Notes: generated by a model from the letters alone, not told the origin. DNA of 64,000 bases from Anaerolineales bacterium (GCA_044224715.1 JBGAJV010000001.1:38186-102185); one strand, 5' to 3'; counted from the stretch's first letter, positions 1 through 9,379 are shown. Made by a program: numbers and translations.

Positions 1-1143
1 GGTCGTGGCGGCTGGGCCAGCCGCGGCGACCGCGGCCGGGTCGCGCACGACAAGCGTCCGATACTTCAACGGCGCCACGCCCGCCTGCCGGGCGACATCC
101 CAGCAGAGTTCGGCCTTCCCGGTGCGCACGGCGTAGTTTGAGGGGCCGACAAAAGTCGGGTTGATCTGAATGGTGTCGGTCAGCCCGCGCACCGGCACGA
201 AGGACTCGACTGAGGCGACCAGGGTGGCCGTCGGGCGGTTACGGCTGTTCCCAGCCAGTTGCAGCGTGAGCGCGACCTGGATCGTGCTCGATCCGCCGGT
301 CGGCGCGCGAACCGGGACAAGAAAGCTGGCGAAACCGCCGTCCTGTCGCACGGGCACCAACACCTGTGTACCGGCCAGCAGCGAGTCGGCCGAGGTCAAC
401 CGGGCCTGGATGGCGACGGGCACCATCAGAGTCGCGCCGCGCCCAACCCGTACCTGGCCCGGCAAGCGCCAGGTCTCGGTCGCGCCGGCTCCGACGATCG
501 GCAGCCAATCCGGCAGGTCGGCCGGCGGGTCGACGAGGGCGAGCGCGCTCCAATTGGTGTTGGTGGACGTGGCCAGGCCCTGGGCCAGATCCTGTCGCTC
601 GAGACCGGTGATGTCGAGACACGCGCGCTGGACGACGTCAGGCTGCACCCAGAAATGCAGGTGGGGCTGCGCGGTGCCCGTGTGGCCGGCATAGCCGATG
701 ACCTGTCCGCGCCGAACCGCGGTGTCGCGAGGCACGACCACTCTGGCGAGATGCATGTAGCCGCTGGCGCGCCCGTCGCCATGCCGGATCATGACCATCT
801 GCCCCGTGTTCTCGCGCGTGCCGACGAAGAACACAGTGCCGTCGGCCGGGGCCAGCACGGGGACGTTCTCCATCGAGCCGGTGACCGGGACGTAATCGAG
901 CGCGCAGGTGTTCTCGTAGTACCCGCACTCGTGGTCGAAGGTGTTGCTCGATCCGCACGGCCCCCGCGTGATGCGCCACAGGCCGGCCGGGAGCGGCAGG
1001 CGCCAGGCCGACCAATCGGTCTGTGACGTCGCCAGCGCCGTCGCGGTGGGGGCCGCGGCGAGTCCGGCCGAGGCGGTCGGCAACAGGTGTGTGACGGCGA
1101 AAAGCAGCGCGATCACAGCCCGTTGGTATAATCTTCGGGTCAT
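1..1143 (-). CDS. M23-family (LytM-type) zinc metallopeptidase, secreted; 3' end runs off the window
   Basis: Hand translation of the minus strand from ATG 1143-1141 stays open to base 1 (absent from ORF track because edge-truncated). N-terminus MTRRLYQRAVIALLFAVTHLLPTASA looks like a signal peptide. MIRHGDGRASGYMHL and GQVIGYAGHTGTAQPHLHFWV match the M23 zinc-site motifs. Confidence 0.85.
   Translation of the reverse strand, partial: MTRRLYQRAVIALLFAVTHLLPTASAGLAAAPTATALATSQTDWSAWRLPLPAGLWRITRGPCGSSNTFDHECGYYENTCALDYVPVTGSMENVPVLAPADGTVFFVGTRENTGQMVMIRHGDGRASGYMHLARVVVPRDTAVRRGQVIGYAGHTGTAQPHLHFWVQPDVVQRACLDITGLERQDLAQGLATSTNTNWSALALVDPPADLPDWLPIVGAGATETWRLPGQVRVGRGATLMVPVAIQARLTSADSLLAGTQVLVPVRQDGGFASFLVPVRAPTGGSSTIQVALTLQLAGNSRNRPTATLVASVESFVPVRGLTDTIQINPTFVGPSNYAVRTGKAELCWDVARQAGVAPLKYRTLVVRDPAAVAAAGPAATT
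1124..1132 (+). promoter_or_regulatory. Extended -10 element (TGgTATAAT) for the L,D-transpeptidase gene, located inside the first codons of the divergent M23 gene
   Basis: Sequence cgtTGgTATAATcttcgggtcatctATG; the hexamer ends 13 nt before ATG 1146. No experimental TSS available. Confidence 0.45.
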
Positions 1144-1145
1144 CT

Positions 1146-2168
1146 ATGCAATCTCAACGTCTCTCCCGACGGGATTTTCTCAAGACCACGGGCCTTGCCG
1201 CCGGGGGGGTGCTGCTGCCCCCGCCCCCGCCCGACGAGCTGGTCCGCACGCCGGTCGGCCTCGGTCGTGCCGTGCGTGGGCTCTATGTCTACAGCGAGCC
1301 CTCGTTCAATTCCGACCGTCTGAACTTCCTGGCGGCCGACTCGGTTTTCGAGACCTACGGCGTGGTCGAAAGCCCGGACGACCTGCTCAACAAGCGCTGG
1401 CATCGTGTCCGCCGGGGGTTTGTGCACGCCGGGCCGGTACAACCGGTGAGCTGGCACAATCAGGTGCCGACGGCCGACCTGCCGTCGACCGGCGCCCTGG
1501 TCGAGGTCACCGTCCCGTTCGCCGCCGCCCGGTCCGGACCCGGCCCGGGGTTTCGCGAGACGGCCAGGTTTTATTATGGCACCACCCACTGGGTGCAGCA
1601 AATCGCGACAGACGATACCGGCGCGATCTGGTACGGCGTCCTCGGTGATCTGACGCGCACGTATTCCTGGCTCGACGGCCGGCAGATGCGACGCATCACG
1701 GCCGAGGAGATCGCGCCGATCTCGCCCGACGTCACCGACAAGCACATCGAGATCACGCTGAGCGAGCAGATGCTGCGGGCTTATGAGGGCAGCAAGCTCG
1801 TACTCGAGCAGCGCACGTCCTGCGGCACGGCGCTCCGCCGCGAGGGCAACCGCACCATCTACAGTACGCCGACCGGCGACCTCCAGGTGATCAGCAAGCG
1901 TCCGTCGCGGCATATGGCCGGCGGCGATCTGGCCTCGGCCGACGGTTACGATCTGCCAGGCGTGCCCTGGGTCTCGTACATCCACTGGTGGGGCGTCGCC
2001 ATCCATGGCACCTACTGGCACGACGACTTCGGCATCCCGCGCAGCCACGGCTGCGTCAACGTGCCGAGCGAGGTGTCGAAGTGGATCTACCGCTGGACCA
2101 CTCCGGTGGTGCCGCTGTCGGAACGCTGGGTCGACGCCAAGGGGACGGCCGTCATCGTTCGCGATTGA
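1146..2168 (+). CDS. L,D-transpeptidase (YkuD-domain) with twin-arginine signal
   Basis: N-terminus MQSQRLSRRDFLKTTGLAAGG is Tat-like. C-terminal HWWGVAIHGTYWHDDFGIPRSHGCVNVP carries the catalytic H...GC of YkuD domains. Confidence 0.9.
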   Translation: MQSQRLSRRDFLKTTGLAAGGVLLPPPPPDELVRTPVGLGRAVRGLYVYSEPSFNSDRLNFLAADSVFETYGVVESPDDLLNKRWHRVRRGFVHAGPVQPVSWHNQVPTADLPSTGALVEVTVPFAAARSGPGPGFRETARFYYGTTHWVQQIATDDTGAIWYGVLGDLTRTYSWLDGRQMRRITAEEIAPISPDVTDKHIEITLSEQMLRAYEGSKLVLEQRTSCGTALRREGNRTIYSTPTGDLQVISKRPSRHMAGGDLASADGYDLPGVPWVSYIHWWGVAIHGTYWHDDFGIPRSHGCVNVPSEVSKWIYRWTTPVVPLSERWVDAKGTAVIVRD

Positions 2169-2193
2169 CACGGCCGTTCGGGGGGCCACGCCC

Positions 2194-2622
2194 ATGAGCC
2201 AACATGCCCTGTTCGAAGGCCTGGTCTCGGATCCATCCGGCCGACCGGTGTCGGTCGCCCTGGTCGGCGGCGAGGCCCAATACGTCGTCGAGGATGACGG
2301 TTTCCGCTTCCATCATGATGCCGAGGCCATCGATCGCCAGATACTGGCGCAGATGGGCCAGCTCGCGACCGACAACCGCGAAGCGCTCACCCGCGGCGTT
2401 CTGCAGATGATCGGGCAGGACGACCTCTTCACCAAAGCCGCCGTTGACGCACAACTCAATAACATGCAGGCCGGCTTCGATCAGCTGATCCGCCAGGGCC
2501 TTCCCGAAAACGCGCGGACGTATCTGGGCATGCTCGGGTTCCGCGTGGTCCTCAACTTCCACGGCGAGATCGAGCGCATCGATCAACCGACCGCGCCCGA
2601 CGGCAACGAGGACCCCGAATGA
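2194..2622 (+). CDS. Hypothetical protein (142 aa)
   Basis: Track ORF 2005-2622 overlaps the upstream gene, so I take the internal ATG at 2194 (MSQHALFEGLV...) just after the stop at 2168. Its stop overlaps the next ATG (ATGA at 2619-2622). No family recognised. Confidence 0.55.
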   Translation: MSQHALFEGLVSDPSGRPVSVALVGGEAQYVVEDDGFRFHHDAEAIDRQILAQMGQLATDNREALTRGVLQMIGQDDLFTKAAVDAQLNNMQAGFDQLIRQGLPENARTYLGMLGFRVVLNFHGEIERIDQPTAPDGNEDPE

Positions 2623-3584
2623 CCCCGCGATGCGCGGCGGCGCGACTTGGCCTGGGCCTGGCGTTGCTCTCCGGGCTGACGGCCTGTACCCGCGGTCAGG
2701 GCGTCGACACGGAGGCGACCGTGGCGGCGGTGGCAACCGGCGTGCAAGGAACGCTCGAGGCCTCGGGCACGCGCCCGCCCGCGCCAACGTCGACGCCGCA
2801 AGCCACCCTCGGCGCCAATGTCGCTACAAACACGCCCGACGCAGGGCAACCGACCCAGGCCCCGCCCCCCGCGACGGCCACCGTCGCGCTGCCGGTCGCG
2901 ACCTTTACGCCGAGCGTGTCCACCCCTAGCGGGCTGCAGCACCCCGGCGCGCCGCTGCTCGCCGCCACACGACCGGCGACCGCGCCGGTCGTGGATGGCG
3001 ATCTCAGCGAGTGGGTGCTCGACCTGCGTCTCGACCAGAACGCCTACGGCGGCGATCAGTGGACCGGCGTCGGCGACGACTCGGCCGACTACGCCCTCGC
3101 CTGGGACGACGGCCGACTGTATCTCGCGGTGCGCGTCACCGACGATGTCTTCGTGCAAACGCAGCGCGGCGAGACGATCTTCAAGGGCGACAGCCTCGAG
3201 CTTCTGTTCGACTCGGATCTCGGCGGCGATTTCGAGGCGACCCAGTTGAGCGCCGACGATCTACAGCTCGGCCTCTCGCCCGGCGACTTCGCGACCGTCG
3301 GCGCCGACACGTATCTGTGGTTCCCGAGCGCGCTCAACGGCGCGTCGACCGGCGTGTCGCTGGCCGCGCGCAAGACGGCGACCGGCTACGACCTCGAGGC
3401 CGCCATCCCGTGGTCGCTGTTCAACGTCGCGCCGGCCGCCGGCGCGCGCTATGGCTTCCTGCTGTCGCTCAACGACAACGACCTGCCCAACTCGGCCACC
3501 CAGCAAAGCATGATCTCGAGCACCGTGGGGCGCCGACTGACCAACCCGACGACCTGGGCCACGCTCGAGTTGCACGCGCCATGA
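2619..3584 (+). CDS. Lipoprotein with PT/A-rich linker and CBM9/DOMON-like carbohydrate-binding domain
   Basis: Lipobox LSGLTAC. C-terminal VDGDLSEW...YALAWDDGRLYLAVRVTDDVF...GDSLELLFDSD resembles family-9 carbohydrate-binding modules, recognised by eye. Confidence 0.7.
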   Translation: MTPRCAAARLGLGLALLSGLTACTRGQGVDTEATVAAVATGVQGTLEASGTRPPAPTSTPQATLGANVATNTPDAGQPTQAPPPATATVALPVATFTPSVSTPSGLQHPGAPLLAATRPATAPVVDGDLSEWVLDLRLDQNAYGGDQWTGVGDDSADYALAWDDGRLYLAVRVTDDVFVQTQRGETIFKGDSLELLFDSDLGGDFEATQLSADDLQLGLSPGDFATVGADTYLWFPSALNGASTGVSLAARKTATGYDLEAAIPWSLFNVAPAAGARYGFLLSLNDNDLPNSATQQSMISSTVGRRLTNPTTWATLELHAP

Positions 3585-4555
3585 CCGCCTCGCAGGCGAC
3601 AGCCGCGCCGGCCGATCTCATCGCCCGCGCCGTGTCGCGCCGCGCGTCGCTGACCGGCGCCCGCACGACTGCCTACCGCCTCCTCCATCGCGACGCCGAC
3701 GGTGTCGCCGGTCTCGCGCTCGATCGATTCGGCGATTGCCTGATCGCCAATCTGTACGACGGCGCTCAGCCGGACCCCGACCTGCTCGCGGCCGCGCGTC
3801 ACGCGGTCGGTGCCACGGCCGTGTACCTCAAGCGCCGCCCGGCTCAGGCCAGCCGCCTCACCGAAACCGAGCGTGCCGCGCTCGCTCCGGCCACGCCCGA
3901 GCTCGGGCGCGCGATCGAGGCGACTACGGCTCTCGAAAACGGCGTGACCTACGAGATCCGACCCGGCGCCGGGCTGAGCGTCGGTCTGTTTCTCGATATG
4001 CGCGAGGTGCGCGCGATGGTGCGCGACATGGCCGCCGGGCTGCGCGTCCTCAATTGCTTTGCCTACACCTGCGCCTTTGGCGTCGTCGCCGGGCTGGGCC
4101 GCGCGGCCGAAGCGGTCAACGTCGACGTGTCGCAGTCGATGCTCGCCTGGGGCGCGCGCAACTATGCCTTGAACGACCTGAACGCCGAGCGCGAGGACTT
4201 CATCTTCGGCGACGTGTTCGATTGGCTGAACCGTTTCGCGCGCCGCGGCCGGCAGTTCGATCTCGTGATCGTCGATCCGCCGCCTTTCGCCACCACGCGC
4301 ACGTCGCGCTTCTCGATCACGCGCGATCTCGGTCGGCTCGTCGCGCAGGCCGCGGCCTGCGTCGCGCCGGGCGGTCGCGTGCTTGCGTGCGCCAACGCCG
4401 CCGAATTGCCGCAGTCGGCGTTCGATCGCACCCTGACGTCCGAACTGGGCGGCCGCCGCGCCCGGGTCGCGCAGCGCTGGCACGAGCCCGATCTCGACTT
4501 TCCGCGCCGGCGCGGCACACCTCCCTATCTCAAAGTGGCGCTCCTGGAGCTATGA
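3581..4555 (+). CDS. Class I SAM-dependent methyltransferase (RlmI/RlmK-like rRNA methyltransferase core)
   Basis: Start ATG 3581 overlaps the previous stop (ATGA). Motifs LNCFAYTCAFGVVAG and LVIVDPPPFA. The track ORF from 3011 is an out-of-context N-terminal extension across the upstream gene. Confidence 0.8.
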   Translation: MTASQATAAPADLIARAVSRRASLTGARTTAYRLLHRDADGVAGLALDRFGDCLIANLYDGAQPDPDLLAAARHAVGATAVYLKRRPAQASRLTETERAALAPATPELGRAIEATTALENGVTYEIRPGAGLSVGLFLDMREVRAMVRDMAAGLRVLNCFAYTCAFGVVAGLGRAAEAVNVDVSQSMLAWGARNYALNDLNAEREDFIFGDVFDWLNRFARRGRQFDLVIVDPPPFATTRTSRFSITRDLGRLVAQAAACVAPGGRVLACANAAELPQSAFDRTLTSELGGRRARVAQRWHEPDLDFPRRRGTPPYLKVALLEL

Positions 4556-5766
4556 CCGGTAAACCCGCGCGCGCCCGTCCGCCATCGAAGCGCTGGCTGG
4601 CCTGGATCGGCGGCGGTGTCGGTGTTCTGTTGGTGTTGTGCGTTGGTATCGGCGCTGGCGGCTGGTTGGCCATCCGGCAACGTTATACCGACACACCCGA
4701 CACGCATGACCTTGACGCGCGGCTGGCGACACTGGTCCAGACGTATCTGGCGCGACGCCCGCACGGTGCGGTGGTGGTCGGGGTCGTGCAGCAAAATCGA
4801 ACGGCGATCTTCGGGTACGGCAAGCTGCCTGAAGGCGCCGCGCCCCTCGCCGACACCGAATACGAGATCGGGTCGTTGAGCAAGGTTTTCACCGCCCTGC
4901 TCTTGGCCGACATGGTCGCGCGCGGGGACGTCGCTACGACCGATATGCTCGGCGATCTGCGCCCACGGCCGTCCGACACCTACGACGCCGAGACCCGCTC
5001 GGCGCCGGCCGTGTCCGTGATCACGCTCGGGCAACTCGCCACGCACACCTCGGGACTTCCTCGGCTGCCCGCCGGACTGACCGACGCCGAACTCGGCAGC
5101 GCGAACCCATATGCCGCGTATGACCTCGATCGACTCTGGCAGGACCTCGACTCCGCACAGCTCGAGAACGCGCCAGGCGTCGCGTATGGGTACTCGAACT
5201 TCGGCGCCGGAGTGTTGGGCCAGGTGTTGGCCCAACACGCCGGGTTGCCGTACGATGCGTTGATCACCGAACGGATCCTGACGCCACTCGGTCTGAGCGA
5301 CACGGTGCTCGCGCTCACCGCTGATCAGCACACGCGCTTGGCGCCGGGCTTCGTCCTTGACGCCGATGTGTCGGCCACAAACTGGGACCTCAATGCGCTG
5401 GCGCCGGCGGGCGGTTTCAAATCGACGGCACGGGACCTGACGGCCTTCATCGCCGCAAACCTGCTCGTCGGACAGAGTGAGCGCCCGATCGACCGCGCTT
5501 TGGTCGAGTCGCACAAAATCCTGCACAAGGGGTTCGACCAGAGCCTGGCCTATGGCTGGATCGTTCAGGATCAACTCTGGGGCCAGCGCGTCTACTGGCA
5601 CAACGGCGGCACGGGCGGTTACACCAGCTACCTGGCGATCGACTTCGACCACGACGCCGGGATCGTGATCCTCTCCAACTACGGCGACACACTCGCAGGC
5701 AACAGCGATCTCGATGGGTTGGGTCTGGCGGCCCTGCCCCTGATCTCGCGGATATCTCTGCCCTAG
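4552..5766 (+). CDS. Membrane-anchored serine hydrolase of the beta-lactamase/class C (PBP4*-like) family
   Basis: ATG 4552 overlaps the previous stop (ATGA). N-terminal TM segment WLAWIGGGVGVLLVLCVGIGAGGW. SxxK motif SLSKVF and YxN motif YSNFG. Confidence 0.85.
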   Translation: MTGKPARARPPSKRWLAWIGGGVGVLLVLCVGIGAGGWLAIRQRYTDTPDTHDLDARLATLVQTYLARRPHGAVVVGVVQQNRTAIFGYGKLPEGAAPLADTEYEIGSLSKVFTALLLADMVARGDVATTDMLGDLRPRPSDTYDAETRSAPAVSVITLGQLATHTSGLPRLPAGLTDAELGSANPYAAYDLDRLWQDLDSAQLENAPGVAYGYSNFGAGVLGQVLAQHAGLPYDALITERILTPLGLSDTVLALTADQHTRLAPGFVLDADVSATNWDLNALAPAGGFKSTARDLTAFIAANLLVGQSERPIDRALVESHKILHKGFDQSLAYGWIVQDQLWGQRVYWHNGGTGGYTSYLAIDFDHDAGIVILSNYGDTLAGNSDLDGLGLAALPLISRISLP

Positions 5767-5775
5767 CTCACGGCC

Positions 5776-8424
5776 ATGCGCTGCAACGACTTCGATCTGA
5801 CCCACAACCTCGACGGACTCTGGCGCTTCCGACTTGGCGACGGCGCCGAGCGCGACGTCGTCGTGCCGGGCGCCTGGGAGGCCGCGACGGGCGACTTTCT
5901 CACCGACGGCCCGGCGGTGTATGCCCGCGACGTGATCCTCGGGCCGGAATGGGCCGGTCGCCGGATCTGGATCGAGTTCGACGCGGTCAGCTTCGCCATC
6001 GACGTATATGTGAACGACGTTCTGACCGGCACGCATCGCGGGATGTGGTCGCCGTTTCAATTCGATCTCACCCCGCACTGGGTCGCCGGCGCCAATCGCC
6101 TCCGCCTGGAGGTCTGGAAGCCGGGCGCCCGCTACCCGGTGCGCGAGGCGCTGGCCGGCTTTCTGCCCGACGTGTGCACGACGTTCGGCGGGCTCTGGCA
6201 ATCCGTGCGGCTGCGCGGCGCCGCGCCGGATACGCCCGGCTTCGACGACCTGTGCTGGACCGTGAGCGCCAACGGCTCGGCGCAGGTGAGCGGGTCCGTG
6301 TCAGAGCCGGTGCCGCCCGGCGCCCGGCTCACGCTGACGATCGGCAACCGCTCGTCGGTCGTCGATTTGGGCCACGCCGGCGGCCGCTTCGCGCTGACGC
6401 TCCGGGGCGCAATCCGCCGTCGCTACGGCCCATCGGCGCCGCGCCTGACGACGGCGATGCTCTTGCTCGAGGCGCCGGAGGGCGCCGAACTGGCGCGTGT
6501 CAGCCGACGCCTTGGCCGCCGCTGGTTCGAGGCCCGCGGCGCCGAGCTGCGCCTCAACGGAACGCCGGCGCACCTGCGTGGCGTGCTGGATTGGGGCTGG
6601 AACCCGACGACCGTGTGCCCGCGCTACGTGGATGCCGACGCGCAATTCGCGCGCGCGCGCGAACTGGGCTTCAACCTGTTCAAGTGTTGTCTCTACGTGC
6701 CGGACGAGGCCTTCCTCGACGCCGCGGACGCAGCGGGGATGTGGCTCTGGTTGGAGATGCCGCTGTGGCTCCCGGCAGTCACGCCGGCGCTCGAAGCATT
6801 GGCGTTGGCCGAATACGAGGCCGTGTTCAGGCGGTTGCATCATCATCCGTGCATCGCGGTCGTCACGCTCGGGTGCGAGCTGAACCACGCGAGCGGCGTC
6901 GACTTCCTGCGGGCGCTCGACTCCCTGGCGCGCCGCTACTTCCCGGGCGCCCTCATCGGCGACAACTCGGGGTCGGCCGAGGCGTACGGCGGCGTGCGCG
7001 CCGACCTGGGCGACGTGATCGACTACCATTTCTACGCGGACCCGCATTTCTTCGGCCCGTTGATCGATCACTTCGACCGCAACTATCGACGGGCCCGACC
7101 GTGGTTGTACGGCGAATTCTGCGACGCCGACACGCTGCGCGATTTCGCGACGGCCCGCGACGCGTGGTGGCTCACTTCCCAGACGACGCTTGAGCGCGAC
7201 GACTTCCTCGCCCAGCGAGACCATGCGTCCCGTTTCAAGGCCGCCGAGGTCCGCGATGGCGGCGCCGCCCTGACCTTCATCGGGCGCAGGCAGGCGACGG
7301 CCATCCGCAAACACATCCTCGAGCGCGTGCGCCGCCACGCCCCGACGGGCGGCTATGTCGTCACCGGCTGGCGCGACACGCCGATCACGACCTCGGGCCT
7401 GATCGACGACGGCCTCGCGCACAAGTTCTCGCCCGACGTCTGGCGGAGGTTCAATGCCGACCGGGTGCTGAGCCTCGATCGTGATCGACGGCGCTTATGG
7501 GCCGGCGGCGATCGCCCAAGCCCACGCGAGCCGTATGTCTTCTGGTCGCGCGAGATTGCCGAGCTTCACGTCGTCATGTCCAATGCCGGCGGCCCGGCCG
7601 CGGCCGGTCGGTTGAATTGGTCACTGATCGACGAACACGGCGGTGTTGTTCGATCCGGCGAGTCGGTGACGACGCCGGTTGCAGCCGGTGAATCGCGCGA
7701 ACTATGCGTGCTCGATCTCGCCCTGCCCGCGGTGACGCGACCGACCGCGACCACGCTGGCCGTTCGCTGGCTCGGCGCCAGCCCGGCGACACAGACGTGT
7801 GAAAACGCCTGGCGGCTGCTGACCCTCCCTCGCCCGGCGTTGCCGGGCGTCGTAGCCGTGGAGGGACTGCACGCGCATCGGGCCGCGCTTCAGGCGCTTT
7901 GGCCAACGACGGCGTTCGTGGGGCTGATGGAGGCTCCGGCGACAGCGCCGCTCCTGACCGACTCGGCCCGCGTTCAGTTCGGCACGCTGCTGCAGCAAGG
8001 GCGTCGGATCCTGCTCTGGCTGACCGAACCGGACCCACGCCTGACATCGCTGCGACCGTTCTGGCGGGAGGCCATTCATCAGGCGGATTTCGTCGCGCTG
8101 GGTCTGCCCGCGCTGGATCATGCCGATCTCACAATGCACGGCGTCGCGACCGATCAGGCGTTGCGAATCGAAGGCGTGGGCACCGTACTGCGCGCGACGG
8201 ATCTCCGGGTCGCCGCGCGACCGTGGCGTCGATTCGATGCCCGTCAGCTCGATTGGCGCGACTATTGGTTGGACCTTGTATCGGGCTCGGGCCGCTGCGC
8301 GGTCACGACGCTGCGCCTCGCGGGTGGGCATGGCGATCAACCGGCCGGGCTCACCACCAACCCCGTCGGCGTCTGGCTGCTCGCGCACGGGCTGAACTCA
8401 CCAGCCACTGGGCCGACCGATTGA
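5776..8424 (+). CDS. Glycoside hydrolase family 2-like protein (no signal peptide)
   Basis: The N-terminal sugar-binding pattern IWIEFDAVSFAIDVYVNDVLTGTHRGMWSPFQFDLTPHWVAGANRLRLEV is typical of GH2. It is followed by a TIM-barrel-like region (GFNLFKCCLYVPDEAFLDAADAAGMWLWLEMPLW). Confidence 0.7.
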   Translation: MRCNDFDLTHNLDGLWRFRLGDGAERDVVVPGAWEAATGDFLTDGPAVYARDVILGPEWAGRRIWIEFDAVSFAIDVYVNDVLTGTHRGMWSPFQFDLTPHWVAGANRLRLEVWKPGARYPVREALAGFLPDVCTTFGGLWQSVRLRGAAPDTPGFDDLCWTVSANGSAQVSGSVSEPVPPGARLTLTIGNRSSVVDLGHAGGRFALTLRGAIRRRYGPSAPRLTTAMLLLEAPEGAELARVSRRLGRRWFEARGAELRLNGTPAHLRGVLDWGWNPTTVCPRYVDADAQFARARELGFNLFKCCLYVPDEAFLDAADAAGMWLWLEMPLWLPAVTPALEALALAEYEAVFRRLHHHPCIAVVTLGCELNHASGVDFLRALDSLARRYFPGALIGDNSGSAEAYGGVRADLGDVIDYHFYADPHFFGPLIDHFDRNYRRARPWLYGEFCDADTLRDFATARDAWWLTSQTTLERDDFLAQRDHASRFKAAEVRDGGAALTFIGRRQATAIRKHILERVRRHAPTGGYVVTGWRDTPITTSGLIDDGLAHKFSPDVWRRFNADRVLSLDRDRRRLWAGGDRPSPREPYVFWSREIAELHVVMSNAGGPAAAGRLNWSLIDEHGGVVRSGESVTTPVAAGESRELCVLDLALPAVTRPTATTLAVRWLGASPATQTCENAWRLLTLPRPALPGVVAVEGLHAHRAALQALWPTTAFVGLMEAPATAPLLTDSARVQFGTLLQQGRRILLWLTEPDPRLTSLRPFWREAIHQADFVALGLPALDHADLTMHGVATDQALRIEGVGTVLRATDLRVAARPWRRFDARQLDWRDYWLDLVSGSGRCAVTTLRLAGGHGDQPAGLTTNPVGVWLLAHGLNSPATGPTD

Positions 8425-8569
8425 TGCCCTCAGACAGCCATCCATTCATCCGCTGATCCGTTGCGGGGGTCGTGGTTGGACCACCCGACCGGCGGGGTTC
8501 GCCGACTGATGCCGAGGTCGTGCGCGCCTGCCTCGCGCGACGCCGTCGGCCGGCGCGCCGACCTTCAGG

Positions 8570-8575
8570 TAGAAT
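8570..8575 (+). promoter_or_regulatory. -10 hexamer TAGAAT exactly 6 nt upstream of the map start codon (leaderless geometry)
   Basis: caggTAGAATttcaacGTG, with no Shine-Dalgarno between hexamer and start. Confidence 0.4.
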
Positions 8576-8581
8576 TTCAAC

Positions 8582-9373
8582 GTGTTCACGCGTAACCAAC
8601 CCCCAGGTATTTCACTCAAGCGCCCTGAAGAGATCGCCGCCATGCGCGAGTCGGGTCGCCTCGTGGCTCAGGCGTTCGAGCTGATGCGCGGCATCGTCGT
8701 GCCGGGCGCCCGTCTCTCCGACATCGACGACGCCGTGGCGGCCTTCCTGGCCGAGCGCGGCGCGCAGCCGCTGTACAAGGGCTATCGGGGCAACCCGCCG
8801 AGCCATCCGCCTTTTCCGGGCGTCATATGCGCTTCGGTCAACCACGAGATCTGTCATGGCTTGCCCGACAAGCGTCGGTTAAAAGAGGGCGACATCGTCG
8901 GCATCGATATCGGGCTGAAGTACAACGACTTCTGCGGCGATGCCTGCGTGACGTTTCCGGTGGGCGCGGTCGCGCCTGAGGTGGAACGCCTGCTGAAGAT
9001 TACGCGCGAGTGTCTGGATAAGGGGATCCAGGCCGCTCAGCCGGGCCGGCATCTCACCGACATCGGCGCCATGATCCAACTGCACGCCGAGGCGAACGGG
9101 TGCAGCGTGGTGCGCGAATGGGGCGGCCACGGCATCGGCCGCAACCTGCACGAGCCGCCGCACGTGTCGCACATCGGCCCGGGCGGCCGCGGCCCGAAGC
9201 TGCGCCCGGGTATGGTGTTCACGATCGAGCCGATGATCAACGCCGGCGCGCCAGAATGGCAATTGCTCGCCGACGGGTGGACCGTGGTCACGAGCGATGG
9301 TCGACTCTCCGCTCAGTACGAGCACACCATCGCGATCACGGAGACCGGCGTCGAAGTGCTGACGGTCCTGTAA
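8582..9373 (+). CDS. map: Type I methionine aminopeptidase
   Basis: LKRPEEIAAMRESGRLVAQ, FPGVICASVNHEICHG, GDIVGIDIG, EWGGHGIG and TIEPMI are the classic Map metal-ligand blocks. GTG start. Confidence 0.95.
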   Translation: MFTRNQPPGISLKRPEEIAAMRESGRLVAQAFELMRGIVVPGARLSDIDDAVAAFLAERGAQPLYKGYRGNPPSHPPFPGVICASVNHEICHGLPDKRRLKEGDIVGIDIGLKYNDFCGDACVTFPVGAVAPEVERLLKITRECLDKGIQAAQPGRHLTDIGAMIQLHAEANGCSVVREWGGHGIGRNLHEPPHVSHIGPGGRGPKLRPGMVFTIEPMINAGAPEWQLLADGWTVVTSDGRLSAQYEHTIAITETGVEVLTVL

Positions 9374-9379
9374 GCGCCG

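Noticed and set aside
3011-5766. Long N-terminal extensions in track ORFs 3011-4555, 3736-5766, 37340-38905, 46932-48674, 44198-45028 and 2005-2622
   Set aside because: The extensions overlap the preceding genes in another frame and are Arg-rich nonsense. Internal ATGs coincide with stop/start overlaps (ATGA) or with signal peptides, giving sensible proteins.
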